Position numbers and translations under genes: made by a program | In this document: positions 7,630 through 17,448 of the stretch, piece after piece | How the letters are laid out: the number at the start of each line of letters is the position of its first letter | How positions within the stretch are numbered: the stretch's first letter is position 1 | NCBI GenBank assembly: GCA_963762565.1 | Contig: CAVXLD010000001.1 | Location: 1,280,001-1,344,000, forward strand | Origin: an uncultured Verrucomicrobiae bacterium | GTDB taxonomy: Bacteria > Verrucomicrobiota > Verrucomicrobiia > Chthoniobacterales > JAFAMB01 | Reading direction: 5' to 3' | DNA length: 64,000 bases | The notes under the pieces: generated by a model | Seen by the model: the letters and a program-made list of their open reading frames with translations, nothing else | Told to the model about the DNA's origin: nothing | The model's database searches: none

Positions 7630-8691
7630 ATGGCAGCAGCAGCATCCCCTCAAATCGGAGCCCATCGTCCGCCGGACGTGAAGGAAGTCCACGTTGTATG
7701 GATGACGACCGGTCTTGGATGCGACGGCGACTCAGTTTCAGTCACCGCCGCTACCTTACCCAGTATCGAAGATGTCGTTATGGGAGCAATTCCCGGTCTC
7801 CCTAAAGTTCATCTGTATAATCCGGTCTTGGCCTATGAAGTTGGCGACGACTTCATGCAGTACTGGTACAAAGCGGCGGAAGGGAAGTTAGATCCGTTTG
7901 TGCTCATAGTGGAAGGTTCAATTCCGAACGAGAAGATTAAAAAAGAAGGCTACTGGGCGGCGCTAGGCACCGACTCGAAAACCGGCCAACCGATAACCAC
8001 CAATGAATGGTTGGACCGCCTTTCGCCTAAAGCATTAGCCATCGTTGCTTGCGGCACCTGCGCTACCTACGGGGGTATCCATGCCATGGAGGGTAACCCG
8101 ACAGGAGCAATGGGAGTGGCGGATTATCTCGGCTGGGATTGGCGCTCAAAAGCTGGTCTTCCGATTATTAATGTCCCTGGTTGTCCGGTCCAGCCCGACA
8201 ACATGATGGAGACCTTGCTTTACCTGCTGTACCAGGTTGCCGGTTTAGCGCCGGTGATACCGTTGGATGACGAGCTCCGACCCAAATGGTTGTTCAGCAA
8301 GACGGTACACGAAGGGTGTGACCGCGGCGGCTACTATGAAGAGGGTGACTTCGCCGACACTTACGGTTCGCCCAAGTGCATCGTGAAACTCGGCTGCTGG
8401 GGGCCGGTTGTTAACTGTAACGTCACCAAACGAGGGTGGATGGACGGGATCGGAGGATGCCCCAACGTAGGCGGCATCTGTATCGGCTGCACTATGCCGG
8501 GTTTTCCGGACCAGTTCATGCCATTTATGAATCCGCCGCCCGGCGCAATGATTTCCTCCGCGGTTTCCGGGGTAACGGGAGGCATTATTCATGCGTTACG
8601 AGAGATCACGCAACGCGCCGCGAATAAGGAGCCCACTTGGCGCCATCCTCGCGCTCAACTAACGACGGGTTATCAACCCACCACCTATTAA
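7630..8691 (+). CDS. hhyS: Group 1h [NiFe]-hydrogenase small subunit
   Basis: GLGCDGDSVS (Cys/Asp proximal ligands), CGTCATYGG, PGCP, HEGCDR, CIGCTMPGFPD; no Tat signal. Confidence 0.95.
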   Translation: MAAAASPQIGAHRPPDVKEVHVVWMTTGLGCDGDSVSVTAATLPSIEDVVMGAIPGLPKVHLYNPVLAYEVGDDFMQYWYKAAEGKLDPFVLIVEGSIPNEKIKKEGYWAALGTDSKTGQPITTNEWLDRLSPKALAIVACGTCATYGGIHAMEGNPTGAMGVADYLGWDWRSKAGLPIINVPGCPVQPDNMMETLLYLLYQVAGLAPVIPLDDELRPKWLFSKTVHEGCDRGGYYEEGDFADTYGSPKCIVKLGCWGPVVNCNVTKRGWMDGIGGCPNVGGICIGCTMPGFPDQFMPFMNPPPGAMISSAVSGVTGGIIHALREITQRAANKEPTWRHPRAQLTTGYQPTTY

Positions 8692-8737
8692 CCCTCTGCC
8701 GTCCAACCAAAATTTCGCCAACCGAAGGAACTAACCA

Positions 8738-10543
8738 ATGTCAGTTGCAACTGCTCCCGTTAAGGGAACCAAGTCTCACCCGGAAAATATCGTGGAAATG
8801 TCTTGGGATCCGATTACCCGGATCGTTGGAAGTTTGGGCATTTTTACGAAAATTGATTTTGCTAACAAAAAGGTGGTCGAGTGTCACAGCACATCTTCCA
8901 TCTTCCGGGGGTACAGCATTTTCATGAAAAACAAAGATCCCCGCGATGCGCATTTCATTACTAGCCGTATCTGTGGGATCTGCGGTGATAATCACTGCAC
9001 CTGCTCGATCTACGCCCAGAACATGGCTTACGGAATTAAGCCACCCCCAATGGCGGAGTGGATCCTGAATCTGGGTGAGGCGGCCGAATACATGTTCGAT
9101 CACAATATTTTCCAGGACAATCTGGTGGGGGTCGATTTTTGCGAGAAGATGGTGCGCGAAACCAATCCTAGCGTTTGGGAGAAAGCCAAGACCACAGATT
9201 CGCCTCACGCTGCCGATCATGGATACCGCAAGATATCGGATATCATGACGGCGCTGAACCCGTTCGAAGGCGAATTCTATCGCGAGACCTTGCAAGTAAG
9301 CCGGATGACACGTGAAATGTTCTGCCTGATGGAAGGGCGCCATGTGCATCCGTCGACCTTGTATCCGGGTGGTGTCGGCACGGTGCCATCGGTACAATTG
9401 TTTACCGATTTTCTCGTTCGGTTGATGAAATATATCGAGTTCATGAAGCGATGCGTACCGCTGCATGACGATCTCTTCGATTTCTTCTACGAAGCGTTAC
9501 CTGGTTACGAGCAAGTTGGTTTCCGCCGGACGCTCATGGGCTGCTGGGGATCTTTCCAGGATCCTGACGTCTGTGATTACAACTACAAGACGATGGATAA
9601 GTGGGGGAAGGCAATGTTTGTTACCCCCGGAATCATCGTCGACGGAGAGTTAGTAACCACGAATCTGGTCGACATCAACGTCGGGCTACGAATCTTGCTC
9701 GGCTCTTCCTATTACGAAGATTGGGATAAGAGCGAAACCTTTGTTAAGCAAGATCCGCTGGGCAATCCGATCGATCAACATCATCCGTGGAATCAAACCA
9801 CGATTCCAAAACCGCAGAAGCGTGATTTCGCTGGGAACTACACCTGGGTGATGTCACCACGCTGGCTTGATAAACGGACTGGAGACCATCTGGCGTTAGA
9901 CACTGGCGGCGGGCCTCTACCTCGTCTCTGGGTGACGGCCATGGCCGGCCTGGTGGATTGCGGTTATGTCAAGTCTACTGGACATAGCGTTAAGATTATC
10001 CTCCCGAAAACCGCGATGAAGCCGGAGGTCGAGTTGGAGTGGAAGATTCCGAAATGGAGCAATGCACTCGAACGGGATCGGGCTCGCACTTATTTCCAAG
10101 CTTATTCCGCAGCCGTGGCGATGCATTTCGTGGAGAAAGCGATGAAAGAACTACATGCTGGCCGTACCGAAACGTTCACGCCATTCAAAGTGCCGAGCGA
10201 AGCGATCGGGTGCGGGTTCCATGAGGCTGTCCGCGGTGTGCTCTCGCATCACCTCGTGATTCGAAACGGTAAAATAGCTAACTATCATCCGTATCCGCCG
10301 ACGTGCTGGAATGCTAATCCCCGGGATGTATACGGTACCCCTGGCCCCTACGAAGATGCCGTGCAGAATACGCCGATCTTCGAAGAGAACGGGCCCGATA
10401 AGTTTAAGGGAATCGATATTATGCGGGCGGTACGCAGCTTCGATCCCTGCTTACCATGCGGGGTCCACATGTACTTAGGCGATGGCAAGGTAGTGGAACA
10501 GATGCACACCCCAACCGTGTACGCTGGACTCGCCAAAAAATGA
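8738..10543 (+). CDS. hhyL: Group 1h [NiFe]-hydrogenase large subunit
   Basis: L1 SRICGICGDNH and L2 SFDPCLPCGVH motifs diagnostic of group 1h. Confidence 0.97.
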   Translation: MSVATAPVKGTKSHPENIVEMSWDPITRIVGSLGIFTKIDFANKKVVECHSTSSIFRGYSIFMKNKDPRDAHFITSRICGICGDNHCTCSIYAQNMAYGIKPPPMAEWILNLGEAAEYMFDHNIFQDNLVGVDFCEKMVRETNPSVWEKAKTTDSPHAADHGYRKISDIMTALNPFEGEFYRETLQVSRMTREMFCLMEGRHVHPSTLYPGGVGTVPSVQLFTDFLVRLMKYIEFMKRCVPLHDDLFDFFYEALPGYEQVGFRRTLMGCWGSFQDPDVCDYNYKTMDKWGKAMFVTPGIIVDGELVTTNLVDINVGLRILLGSSYYEDWDKSETFVKQDPLGNPIDQHHPWNQTTIPKPQKRDFAGNYTWVMSPRWLDKRTGDHLALDTGGGPLPRLWVTAMAGLVDCGYVKSTGHSVKIILPKTAMKPEVELEWKIPKWSNALERDRARTYFQAYSAAVAMHFVEKAMKELHAGRTETFTPFKVPSEAIGCGFHEAVRGVLSHHLVIRNGKIANYHPYPPTCWNANPRDVYGTPGPYEDAVQNTPIFEENGPDKFKGIDIMRAVRSFDPCLPCGVHMYLGDGKVVEQMHTPTVYAGLAKK

Positions 10544-10570
10544 GGGCTCCCGCTACGCTAACAACGGCGT

Positions 10571-10626
10571 CGGCCTCGCACCTGTCGCGCCGTAGTTTGG
10601 CGAAGGCGGAAGCGAGGCGCGCTCCA
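10571..10626. repeat. REP hairpin interrupted by a 30-bp micro-element (10581-10610)
   Basis: CCTCGCA|CCTGTCGCGCCGTAGTTTGGCGAAGGCGGA|AGCGAGGCG; uninterrupted form at 17412-17434. Confidence 0.75.
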
Positions 10627-10640
10627 CGGAAAGAAAGGCT

Positions 10641-11315
10641 ATGATTCAACAAATCGAAGCGGTCCCAGAAGAGATCTACGACATTGAACTTGAACATAGC
10701 CTTTTAGAAGCAAACGCAAAACTTGCCCAAGAAAACCGGAACGAACTCGATCGCCGCGGGGTGACGGCGATCGATGTAATGGGAGCGATTGGATCCGGTA
10801 AAACGACACTGATCACGCGTCTGGTAGGAAGATTAAAGGATCGATTTGGAGTCGCCGTATTTAACGGCGATGCCACCACGAGTAACGATGCCGACCAGAT
10901 CGCCAGTCAGAGTGTACCTGTAGTCCAGATCGCCACCGTCAACGGCTGCCATCTGGACGCTAACCTGGTTGGGAAAGCTCTGCGGAAGATAACCTTAGAC
11001 AATTTGCGGCTGATCTTTATCGAAAACATTGGCAACCTGATCTGTCCCGCCGAGTTTCCGTTAGGCTCGAAAGCCCGAGTAGTAGTGGTCAGTGTTACCG
11101 AAGGTCCTTACATGGTCAGGAAACATCCTCACATGTTTATGGGAGCGCAGTTAGTTGTGATCAATAAGATCGATCTGGCTGAGGCCATGGAAGTCAGCGT
11201 GGCGGATTTAACCCAGGATGTTCACCGGTTAAAGCCTGACCTGACGGTGATTCCGACGAGCTGTAAGACCGGCGCTGGGCTCGATGAGGTAATGGCAGCA
11301 CTGCTCGCGGTGTGA
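10641..11315 (+). CDS. hypB: Hydrogenase nickel incorporation GTPase HypB
   Basis: GAIGSGKT, CHLDA, ENIGNLICP, NKID. Confidence 0.95.
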   Translation: MIQQIEAVPEEIYDIELEHSLLEANAKLAQENRNELDRRGVTAIDVMGAIGSGKTTLITRLVGRLKDRFGVAVFNGDATTSNDADQIASQSVPVVQIATVNGCHLDANLVGKALRKITLDNLRLIFIENIGNLICPAEFPLGSKARVVVVSVTEGPYMVRKHPHMFMGAQLVVINKIDLAEAMEVSVADLTQDVHRLKPDLTVIPTSCKTGAGLDEVMAALLAV

Positions 11316-11329
11316 AAAATGATCCGCCG

Positions 11330-11731
11330 ATGCATGAGTTATCCATCGCCTCGGCGGTAGTCGACAGCGTGCTCGAGTTTGTGACTGAACGCTCCGTAAA
11401 AAGAGTGATCTCAGTCAAACTGGCGGTTGGCGAGTTGACCCAGGTAGAAGAAGAACAACTCCGTTTCTCCTACATGGCGATTACCCAGGAAACGCCGATC
11501 CAAGACTCAGAATTAGAAATCGAACGGATCCCAGCCGTAGTGCGGTGTCAGGAGTGTGGCTATTCTGGGCGCCCGAAGTATTGGGAGGACGCCCTCGCGG
11601 TCGCACCGATACCAACCATGCAATGTCCTGATTGCGGAGGCACGGTCGAGCCCGTGGAAGGAAACGATTGCGCGATCAGATCGATCCGGTTCGCGACTGA
11701 AGATAACGGTATGGCCGTTCCGGCTGCCTGA
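11330..11731 (+). CDS. hypA: Hydrogenase nickel metallochaperone HypA
   Basis: N-terminal MHELSIA; two CxxC motifs. Confidence 0.93.
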   Translation: MHELSIASAVVDSVLEFVTERSVKRVISVKLAVGELTQVEEEQLRFSYMAITQETPIQDSELEIERIPAVVRCQECGYSGRPKYWEDALAVAPIPTMQCPDCGGTVEPVEGNDCAIRSIRFATEDNGMAVPAA

Positions 11732-11739
11732 AACTTTTT

Positions 11740-12666
11740 ATGGAAGGAAATCTTAACGTGCCGAGTAGCAACGGAAACTCGGAGACGAGTTCGCAGTCCG
11801 GAGGGTCAGCCGGCGATATCAATGCGCATGGCGATCGCATTCAGCGGCTTCTCGAACGAGTGGAAGCATTGCCGTATCCCGGTGCCAGAGAACTCATTCA
11901 CGAATGCATGGAGGCGGTGCTGGCATTTTACGGAGTCGGGTTGCAGCGGATTCTGCAAGTAGTAAGCGGAGATGGCGCGGAGGGCCGCAAGGTCTACCGT
12001 GACTTAATTCATGACGATGTGGTGAGAGGATTGCTTCTGATTCATGACCTCCATCCAGCGGACTTGGAGACCCGCCTGCGAGAAGCTTTAGATAAAGTGC
12101 GGCCCTATTTGAAGAGCCATGGCGGTAACGTTGAGCTGATTAGCCTGCAAAACGATATCGCCAGGTTGCGGTTACAGGGCACTTGTGAAAGCTGCGCTTC
12201 ATCTTCGGTGACCCTGGAACTCGCGATCCGCCATGCGATCGAGCAGGCCTGTCCCGACTTGGCGCACTTTGAGGTTGAAGGTATGCAAGACAAACCGGCG
12301 GCTTCACTAGTAGCGCAGCGCAAGGTTACTGATTGGACGGTCATAAAGAGCGCACATCAGCTCGAAGAAGGAGCTTGGATGCCGGTTCGGCTAGGGGACA
12401 CTCGGCTGGTAGTGTGCAAGCTCAATGGAACGCTTTACGCTTATCGCAATCGTTGTCCGGCCTGTAATATGCCGCTGGACACGGGCACCTTTGCCGCCGG
12501 TTTTCTCTCCTGCGCATTGAATCACCGCTACGATGTGATCCATGCGGGCCAATGCGCGGAAGTCCCTAGCGCACATCTCGATCCTCTTCCCCTTTTGATC
12601 CAGAACAGCGTCGTGAAAGTGGCGCTCACGCGAGAGGTCGCGGATGCAGCCGCAGAAACCGTTTAG
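11740..12666 (+). CDS. hhyE: NifU-like plus Rieske-like FeS protein of group 1h clusters
   Basis: LLLIHDLHP, VRPYLKSHGGNVEL, GTCESC; C-terminal CPAC...C Rieske-like fold. Confidence 0.8.
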   Translation: MEGNLNVPSSNGNSETSSQSGGSAGDINAHGDRIQRLLERVEALPYPGARELIHECMEAVLAFYGVGLQRILQVVSGDGAEGRKVYRDLIHDDVVRGLLLIHDLHPADLETRLREALDKVRPYLKSHGGNVELISLQNDIARLRLQGTCESCASSSVTLELAIRHAIEQACPDLAHFEVEGMQDKPAASLVAQRKVTDWTVIKSAHQLEEGAWMPVRLGDTRLVVCKLNGTLYAYRNRCPACNMPLDTGTFAAGFLSCALNHRYDVIHAGQCAEVPSAHLDPLPLLIQNSVVKVALTREVADAAAETV

Positions 12667-14989
12667 CCAAAAACTTCAGCCAGCGGATCCGATGGAGTTT
12701 GCGCGGGCCAAGATCACCATACATGGTGCGGTACAGGGCGTCGGCTTCCGTCCGTTCGTTTACCGGCTAGCGATGCAGCTCCACTTAAATGGGTGGGTGT
12801 TGAACTCTTCCCAAGGTGTATTCATTGAAGTCGAGGGCCGGGTTAACCTCCTTCAGACTTTTCTGGCCCGGCTCGAAAAGGAGAAACCTCCGCTGGCCAT
12901 TATTCAGAGCTTAGAATGCTCCTTTCTCGAGGCGGAGGGCTATGAAGGGTTCGAAATTCGTTATAGCGAACAGACCGGGCAAAAAACCGCCCTGATTCTT
13001 CCCGACATCGCGATTTGCGCGGATTGCTTGCGCGAAATATTTGATCCAACAAACCGGCGGTATCGGTATCCGTTCACGAACTGCACGAACTGCGGTCCGC
13101 GATTCAGCATTATCGAAGAACTGCCGTACGACCGTCCGCACACGTCGATGAGGCGATTCCAGCAATGTCCGGAATGTGAAACGGAATATCACGATCCCCT
13201 CGACCGGCGGTTTCATGCGCAACCGAATGCCTGCCCCAAATGCGGCCCACATCTTGAATTATGGGATGGGCAGGGAAACGTTTTAGCCCGGGAAGACACG
13301 GCGTTGCGAAGAGCGGCGGAATTGATTGGCCAGGGAAAGATCCTGGCCTTGAAAGGAATTGGAGGTTTTCAACTGATCTCCAGCGCCCAAGACGAGGACA
13401 TTGTACGACGGCTACGTGAGCGGAAGCGGCGGGAAGGAAAGCCCTTTGCCTTGATGTATCCTTCCTTGGACCAAGTTAAGCGGGATTGTCTCGTTTCGAA
13501 TCTGGAAGAGCGCTTACTCGGTTCGCCCGAATCACCCATCGTATTACTGACGCGCCAGGTTGGCAGTTCGGCCATCGCTGCCTCCGTGGCGCCTGGCAAC
13601 CCCAGTTTGGGCGTGATGTTACCCTACACGCCGTTCCATCACCTGTTACTCACTGAGCTCGGATTCCCGGTGATTGCCACCAGTGGAAATTTAGCAAACG
13701 AGCCGATTTGCATTGATGAAAATGAAGCTCTGGAACGGTTGAGAGGAATCGCCGATTTCTTCGTGGTTCACGACCGGCCGATCGTCCGGCATGTCGATGA
13801 TTCCATCGCCCGCGTGGTTTGTAACCGTCAGATGGTGTTGAGACGGGCGCGAGGCTATGCGCCGTTGCCCGTGCGCATGAACGAAGCCGTGCCTTCCGTT
13901 CTGGCAGTAGGCGGGCATTTGAAGAACACCGTCGCCTTGAGCGTCGGTCGAGACGTCTTCATCAGCCAGCACATCGGCGATTTAGAGACGCCCGCCGCCT
14001 TGGCCGCTTTTCAGCGGACGGTCGCGGATCTACCTCGACTTTACGACGCAGAGCCGGGTTTGATCGCGTGTGATTTGCACCCTGATTACCTCTCCACCAA
14101 ATATGCGGCCGGCGCCCATGCAAAGGTAGAACGAGTTCAGCACCATTGGGCTCACGTGCTGGCTTGTATGGCGGAAAATGAGTTGGAAGCGCCCCTGCTC
14201 GGAGTGTCTTGGGACGGCACGGGATACGGAACCGATGGGACTATCTGGGGCGGCGAATTTCTGCTGGCAACCGAGGATTCATTTCAACGGGTGGCCCATT
14301 TCGGGCAATTCCGTTTACCTGGAGGCGAGATGGCGGTGCGGGAACCGCGCCGGACTGCGTTGGCCCTCCTACACAAGATCTGGGGAGAAAATGGTTTCGA
14401 GGATCGCCACCTGGCGCCGGTGGCTGAGTTTTCAAAAAAAGAGCTCGGGCTTATCCAACAAATGCTGGCGAAGGGACTCAACGCGCCGATAACATCTAGC
14501 GTAGGGCGATTATTTGATGGGGTGGCCGCCTTGGTTGGTGTCCGGCAACAAGTCACGTTTGAAGGCCAGGCCGCTATGGAGTTAGAGGCACTCGTCGATC
14601 CCAGCGTCACCGATCTTTACCCGTTTGAGCTTAGTAACGGTGTTCCACAGATCATCGATTGGGCGCCCATGATTGGTGAGATCTTGATCGATCTGCGGCG
14701 AGGAGCACCGGTTGGGTCCATCTCTGCAAAATTTCACAATACCCTGGCAGAAATCATCGTGGCGATCGGCCAACAGATAGTAACGCCGAAAATAGTACTG
14801 ACTGGCGGATGCTTCCAAAACCGGTATCTTCTTGAACAGTCCGTTCAGCGTCTCTCCCAGGCCGGTTTTAAGCCATATTGGCACCAGCGTGTACCCACGA
14901 ATGATGGCGGTATCGCGTTGGGACAAGTAGCCGCTGCCGCCCGTGCTAGCCGCCGGATGGTCAACGTTGAAGGAGTCGAAACCCGATGA
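12644..14989 (+). CDS. hypF: Carbamoyltransferase HypF
   Basis: GAVQGVGFRPF acylphosphatase domain, CTNCGPR zinc fingers, QHHWAH, NDGGIALGQ. Confidence 0.97.
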   Translation: MQPQKPFSQKLQPADPMEFARAKITIHGAVQGVGFRPFVYRLAMQLHLNGWVLNSSQGVFIEVEGRVNLLQTFLARLEKEKPPLAIIQSLECSFLEAEGYEGFEIRYSEQTGQKTALILPDIAICADCLREIFDPTNRRYRYPFTNCTNCGPRFSIIEELPYDRPHTSMRRFQQCPECETEYHDPLDRRFHAQPNACPKCGPHLELWDGQGNVLAREDTALRRAAELIGQGKILALKGIGGFQLISSAQDEDIVRRLRERKRREGKPFALMYPSLDQVKRDCLVSNLEERLLGSPESPIVLLTRQVGSSAIAASVAPGNPSLGVMLPYTPFHHLLLTELGFPVIATSGNLANEPICIDENEALERLRGIADFFVVHDRPIVRHVDDSIARVVCNRQMVLRRARGYAPLPVRMNEAVPSVLAVGGHLKNTVALSVGRDVFISQHIGDLETPAALAAFQRTVADLPRLYDAEPGLIACDLHPDYLSTKYAAGAHAKVERVQHHWAHVLACMAENELEAPLLGVSWDGTGYGTDGTIWGGEFLLATEDSFQRVAHFGQFRLPGGEMAVREPRRTALALLHKIWGENGFEDRHLAPVAEFSKKELGLIQQMLAKGLNAPITSSVGRLFDGVAALVGVRQQVTFEGQAAMELEALVDPSVTDLYPFELSNGVPQIIDWAPMIGEILIDLRRGAPVGSISAKFHNTLAEIIVAIGQQIVTPKIVLTGGCFQNRYLLEQSVQRLSQAGFKPYWHQRVPTNDGGIALGQVAAAARASRRMVNVEGVETR

Positions 14990-15303
14990 ACCTGCTCTTC
15001 GGCCAAATCGTCGACATGTTCTCAGAAGACGGGATGTGGTTTGGTAAAATCCGGGTCGGCGGCGCTTTTAAGAAAATCTCTCTAGAACTTATAGAAGAAG
15101 CTCAGATCGGAGATCGAGTCCTGGTTTGCGACGGTATCGCGCTGAGCAAGGAGGAACCGATTGAACCGCTTTCCGAGCAGCTCTCATCCGCTAGGCAAGA
15201 GCGGCACGCCAACCCTCCAATACTCCAGCACTCCAACACTCCACCCGCCGAACTCGAGGGCGCCACCGAAGCGCTTAACGAGCCGGTCCAAGGATTTTTT
15301 TAA
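14986..15303 (+). CDS. Divergent HypC/HupF-like protein lacking Cys2
   Basis: OB-fold pattern ISLELIEEAQIGDRVLVCDGIALSK; start overlaps hypF stop (ATGA). Confidence 0.7.
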   Translation: MNLLFGQIVDMFSEDGMWFGKIRVGGAFKKISLELIEEAQIGDRVLVCDGIALSKEEPIEPLSEQLSSARQERHANPPILQHSNTPPAELEGATEALNEPVQGFF

Positions 15304-15311
15304 ACAAAACT

Positions 15312-15566
15312 ATGTGTCTAGCAATACCGGGTAAACTCATCGAAATCTCGCAAGACGCACAAGGCGTCAGAATGGGAAAGGCGAACTTTGGCGGTATCGT
15401 CAAACAGGTCTGTTTGGAATACACGCCGGAAGTGAACACGGGTGACTATGTCTTAGTGCACGTCGGGTTTGCGCTAGGCAAGGTTGATGAAGAAGAAGCG
15501 GCGCGCACGTACCGGCTTCTGGAAGAAATGAATCAGTTGAGTGAACTCGAAGTACCAGACGTGTGA
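15312..15566 (+). CDS. hypC: Hydrogenase chaperone HypC
   Basis: [18 protein letters not shown]. Confidence 0.97.
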   Translation: MCLAIPGKLIEISQDAQGVRMGKANFGGIVKQVCLEYTPEVNTGDYVLVHVGFALGKVDEEEAARTYRLLEEMNQLSELEVPDV

Positions 15567-15586
15567 GTTCCGCCCAGAGGCTGCGT

Positions 15587-16741
15587 ATGAAATATCTTGA
15601 CGAATATCGAAACGAAGAGCTGGCCCAGAAGGTGGTCGGCGAAATCCGTCGCGCCGTTACCCGGCCCTGGGTATTGATGGAGGTTTGCGGCGGTCAGACC
15701 CATACCATCGTGAAATATGGGATTGACCACATGCTGCCTCCAGAAGTTGAACTGGTGCACGGCCCCGGTTGCCCGGTATGCGTGACTTCGCTGGAGATGA
15801 TTGATAAGGCGCACGCGATCGCGCGCCGTCCAGACGTGATCTTCACCTCGTTTGGCGATATGCTCAGAGTTCCCGGCTCTGACGGCGACCTATTGGTGCT
15901 CAAGTCACGAGGCGCCGATATTCGCGTGGTCTATTCGCCGATCGATGCGCTCAAAATCGCACGAGCGAATCCGGATAAGAAAGTCGTGTTCTTCGCCATC
16001 GGATTTGAGACCACGGCACCCGGCAATGCTATGGCAGTTTGGCAAGCGCGTAAGCAAGGCATCAAAAACTTCTCGGTCCTGGTTTCCCATGTTTTGGTCC
16101 CCCCTGCCATCGCTTCCATCCTGCAGTCGTCTTTCAATCGGGTGCAAGGATTCTTGGGACCCGGGCACGTCTGCACGGTCATGGGGTATCGAGAATACGA
16201 GCCGATCGCCGAGCGTTTTCATGTTCCCATTGTGATTACCGGGTTCGAGCCTTTGGATATCCTCGAAGGCGTCCTCATGACGGTTCGGCAGCTAGAGGAA
16301 GGGAAATGGGACGTTGAGAATCAATATCCTCGCGTGGTGCAACGGGACGGTAATGTCATAGCTCAAGATCTGGTCAATCAGGTCTTCGAGATTGGTGACC
16401 GCAAGTGGCGTGGTGTGGGGTCGATCCCAAAGAGCGGTTACAAGCTCCGCTACGAAATGCGAGATCACGATGCGGAACGAATTTTTGAGGTCGAAGAAAT
16501 CGACACCAAAGAACCGGATATTTGTATCAGCGGTCTGGTGTTGAGAGGAGTGAAGAAACCGCACGACTGCCCGGCTTTCGGTACCCTGTGCAATCCGGAA
16601 CATCCGCTGGGTGCAACCATGGTTTCGGCTGAAGGCGCTTGCGCCGCTTACTATGCCTACGGCCGTCATTTGGAACAACCGAAGCGGCGGAGCGCTGCGG
16701 CGGAAGGCGCAGCCGTTCAAGAAACCTCCGGCGTAACATGA
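15587..16741 (+). CDS. hypD: Hydrogenase maturation protein HypD
   Basis: [39 protein letters not shown]. Confidence 0.97.
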   Translation: MKYLDEYRNEELAQKVVGEIRRAVTRPWVLMEVCGGQTHTIVKYGIDHMLPPEVELVHGPGCPVCVTSLEMIDKAHAIARRPDVIFTSFGDMLRVPGSDGDLLVLKSRGADIRVVYSPIDALKIARANPDKKVVFFAIGFETTAPGNAMAVWQARKQGIKNFSVLVSHVLVPPAIASILQSSFNRVQGFLGPGHVCTVMGYREYEPIAERFHVPIVITGFEPLDILEGVLMTVRQLEEGKWDVENQYPRVVQRDGNVIAQDLVNQVFEIGDRKWRGVGSIPKSGYKLRYEMRDHDAERIFEVEEIDTKEPDICISGLVLRGVKKPHDCPAFGTLCNPEHPLGATMVSAEGACAAYYAYGRHLEQPKRRSAAAEGAAVQETSGVT

Positions 16742-17370
16742 GCACGACCCATCAGAGCGGGACCATCGTCGATAAAACGACTGAAAGCTTTCGCGACAAA
16801 GTCATTCGTAAGTGCGGCGAAAGCGTCGAGATGAAGGAAAAATTTTTTAACAAATACGCTGAGCCGCTCGAAGCGATGTCACGGGATATGGCGGAACACT
16901 TTCAGCATGGCGGCCGGCTTTTCGTCATGGGTAACGGTGGCAGCCTTTGCGACGCCTTACACATGTGCGTCGAGTTTAACCATCCGATCATCGAAAAACG
17001 GGCAGCGTTTCCGGTGATTCCGCTGATGACCGATATCGCGACCATGACCGCAATTGGCAACGATATCGATTTCACCCGAGTTTTCGTTAACCAGCTTCGC
17101 CTGTTGAGCTTGCCGGGTGACATGGCCATGGTCTTCAGCACCAGCGGCAAATCGCCGAACCTAATCTATGCGCTGCAAGCCGCGAGGGAAAAAGAGATGT
17201 TAACGATCGCCTTCGCCGGCAAAGATGGCGGCCGATTTCCCGATATCGCCGATTACTGTTTCATTGTGCCGTCTTACAGTATTCATCGGATCCAGGAGGT
17301 ACACGCCACGGCGGTGCATGTTGTCTGGGACCTGGTTCACATCGCTTTGGGCGCAGAGGACGTGACGTAA
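16738..17370 (+). CDS. gmhA: SIS-domain phosphoheptose isomerase-like protein inside the hyp operon
   Basis: [30 protein letters not shown] overlap with hypD. Confidence 0.8.
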   Translation: MSTTHQSGTIVDKTTESFRDKVIRKCGESVEMKEKFFNKYAEPLEAMSRDMAEHFQHGGRLFVMGNGGSLCDALHMCVEFNHPIIEKRAAFPVIPLMTDIATMTAIGNDIDFTRVFVNQLRLLSLPGDMAMVFSTSGKSPNLIYALQAAREKEMLTIAFAGKDGGRFPDIADYCFIVPSYSIHRIQEVHATAVHVVWDLVHIALGAEDVT

Positions 17371-17372
17371 CG

Positions 17373-17434
17373 TGGAGGGCGCCTCGCTTGCGAGGGCCCG
17401 TGGTCGGTCGGCCTCGCAAGCGAGGCGCCCTCCA
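17373..17434. repeat. REP doublet with perfect 23-bp inverted repeat
   Basis: TGGAGGGCGCCTCGCTTGCGAGG / CCTCGCAAGCGAGGCGCCCTCCA; relatives at 10571 and about 22422. Confidence 0.85.
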
Positions 17435-17448
17435 AGGTTCGGAATCTT

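Noticed and set aside
8741..9466. Long antisense ORFs (also 2548-3150, 35855-36397)
   Set aside because: Shadow frames opposite well-supported genes
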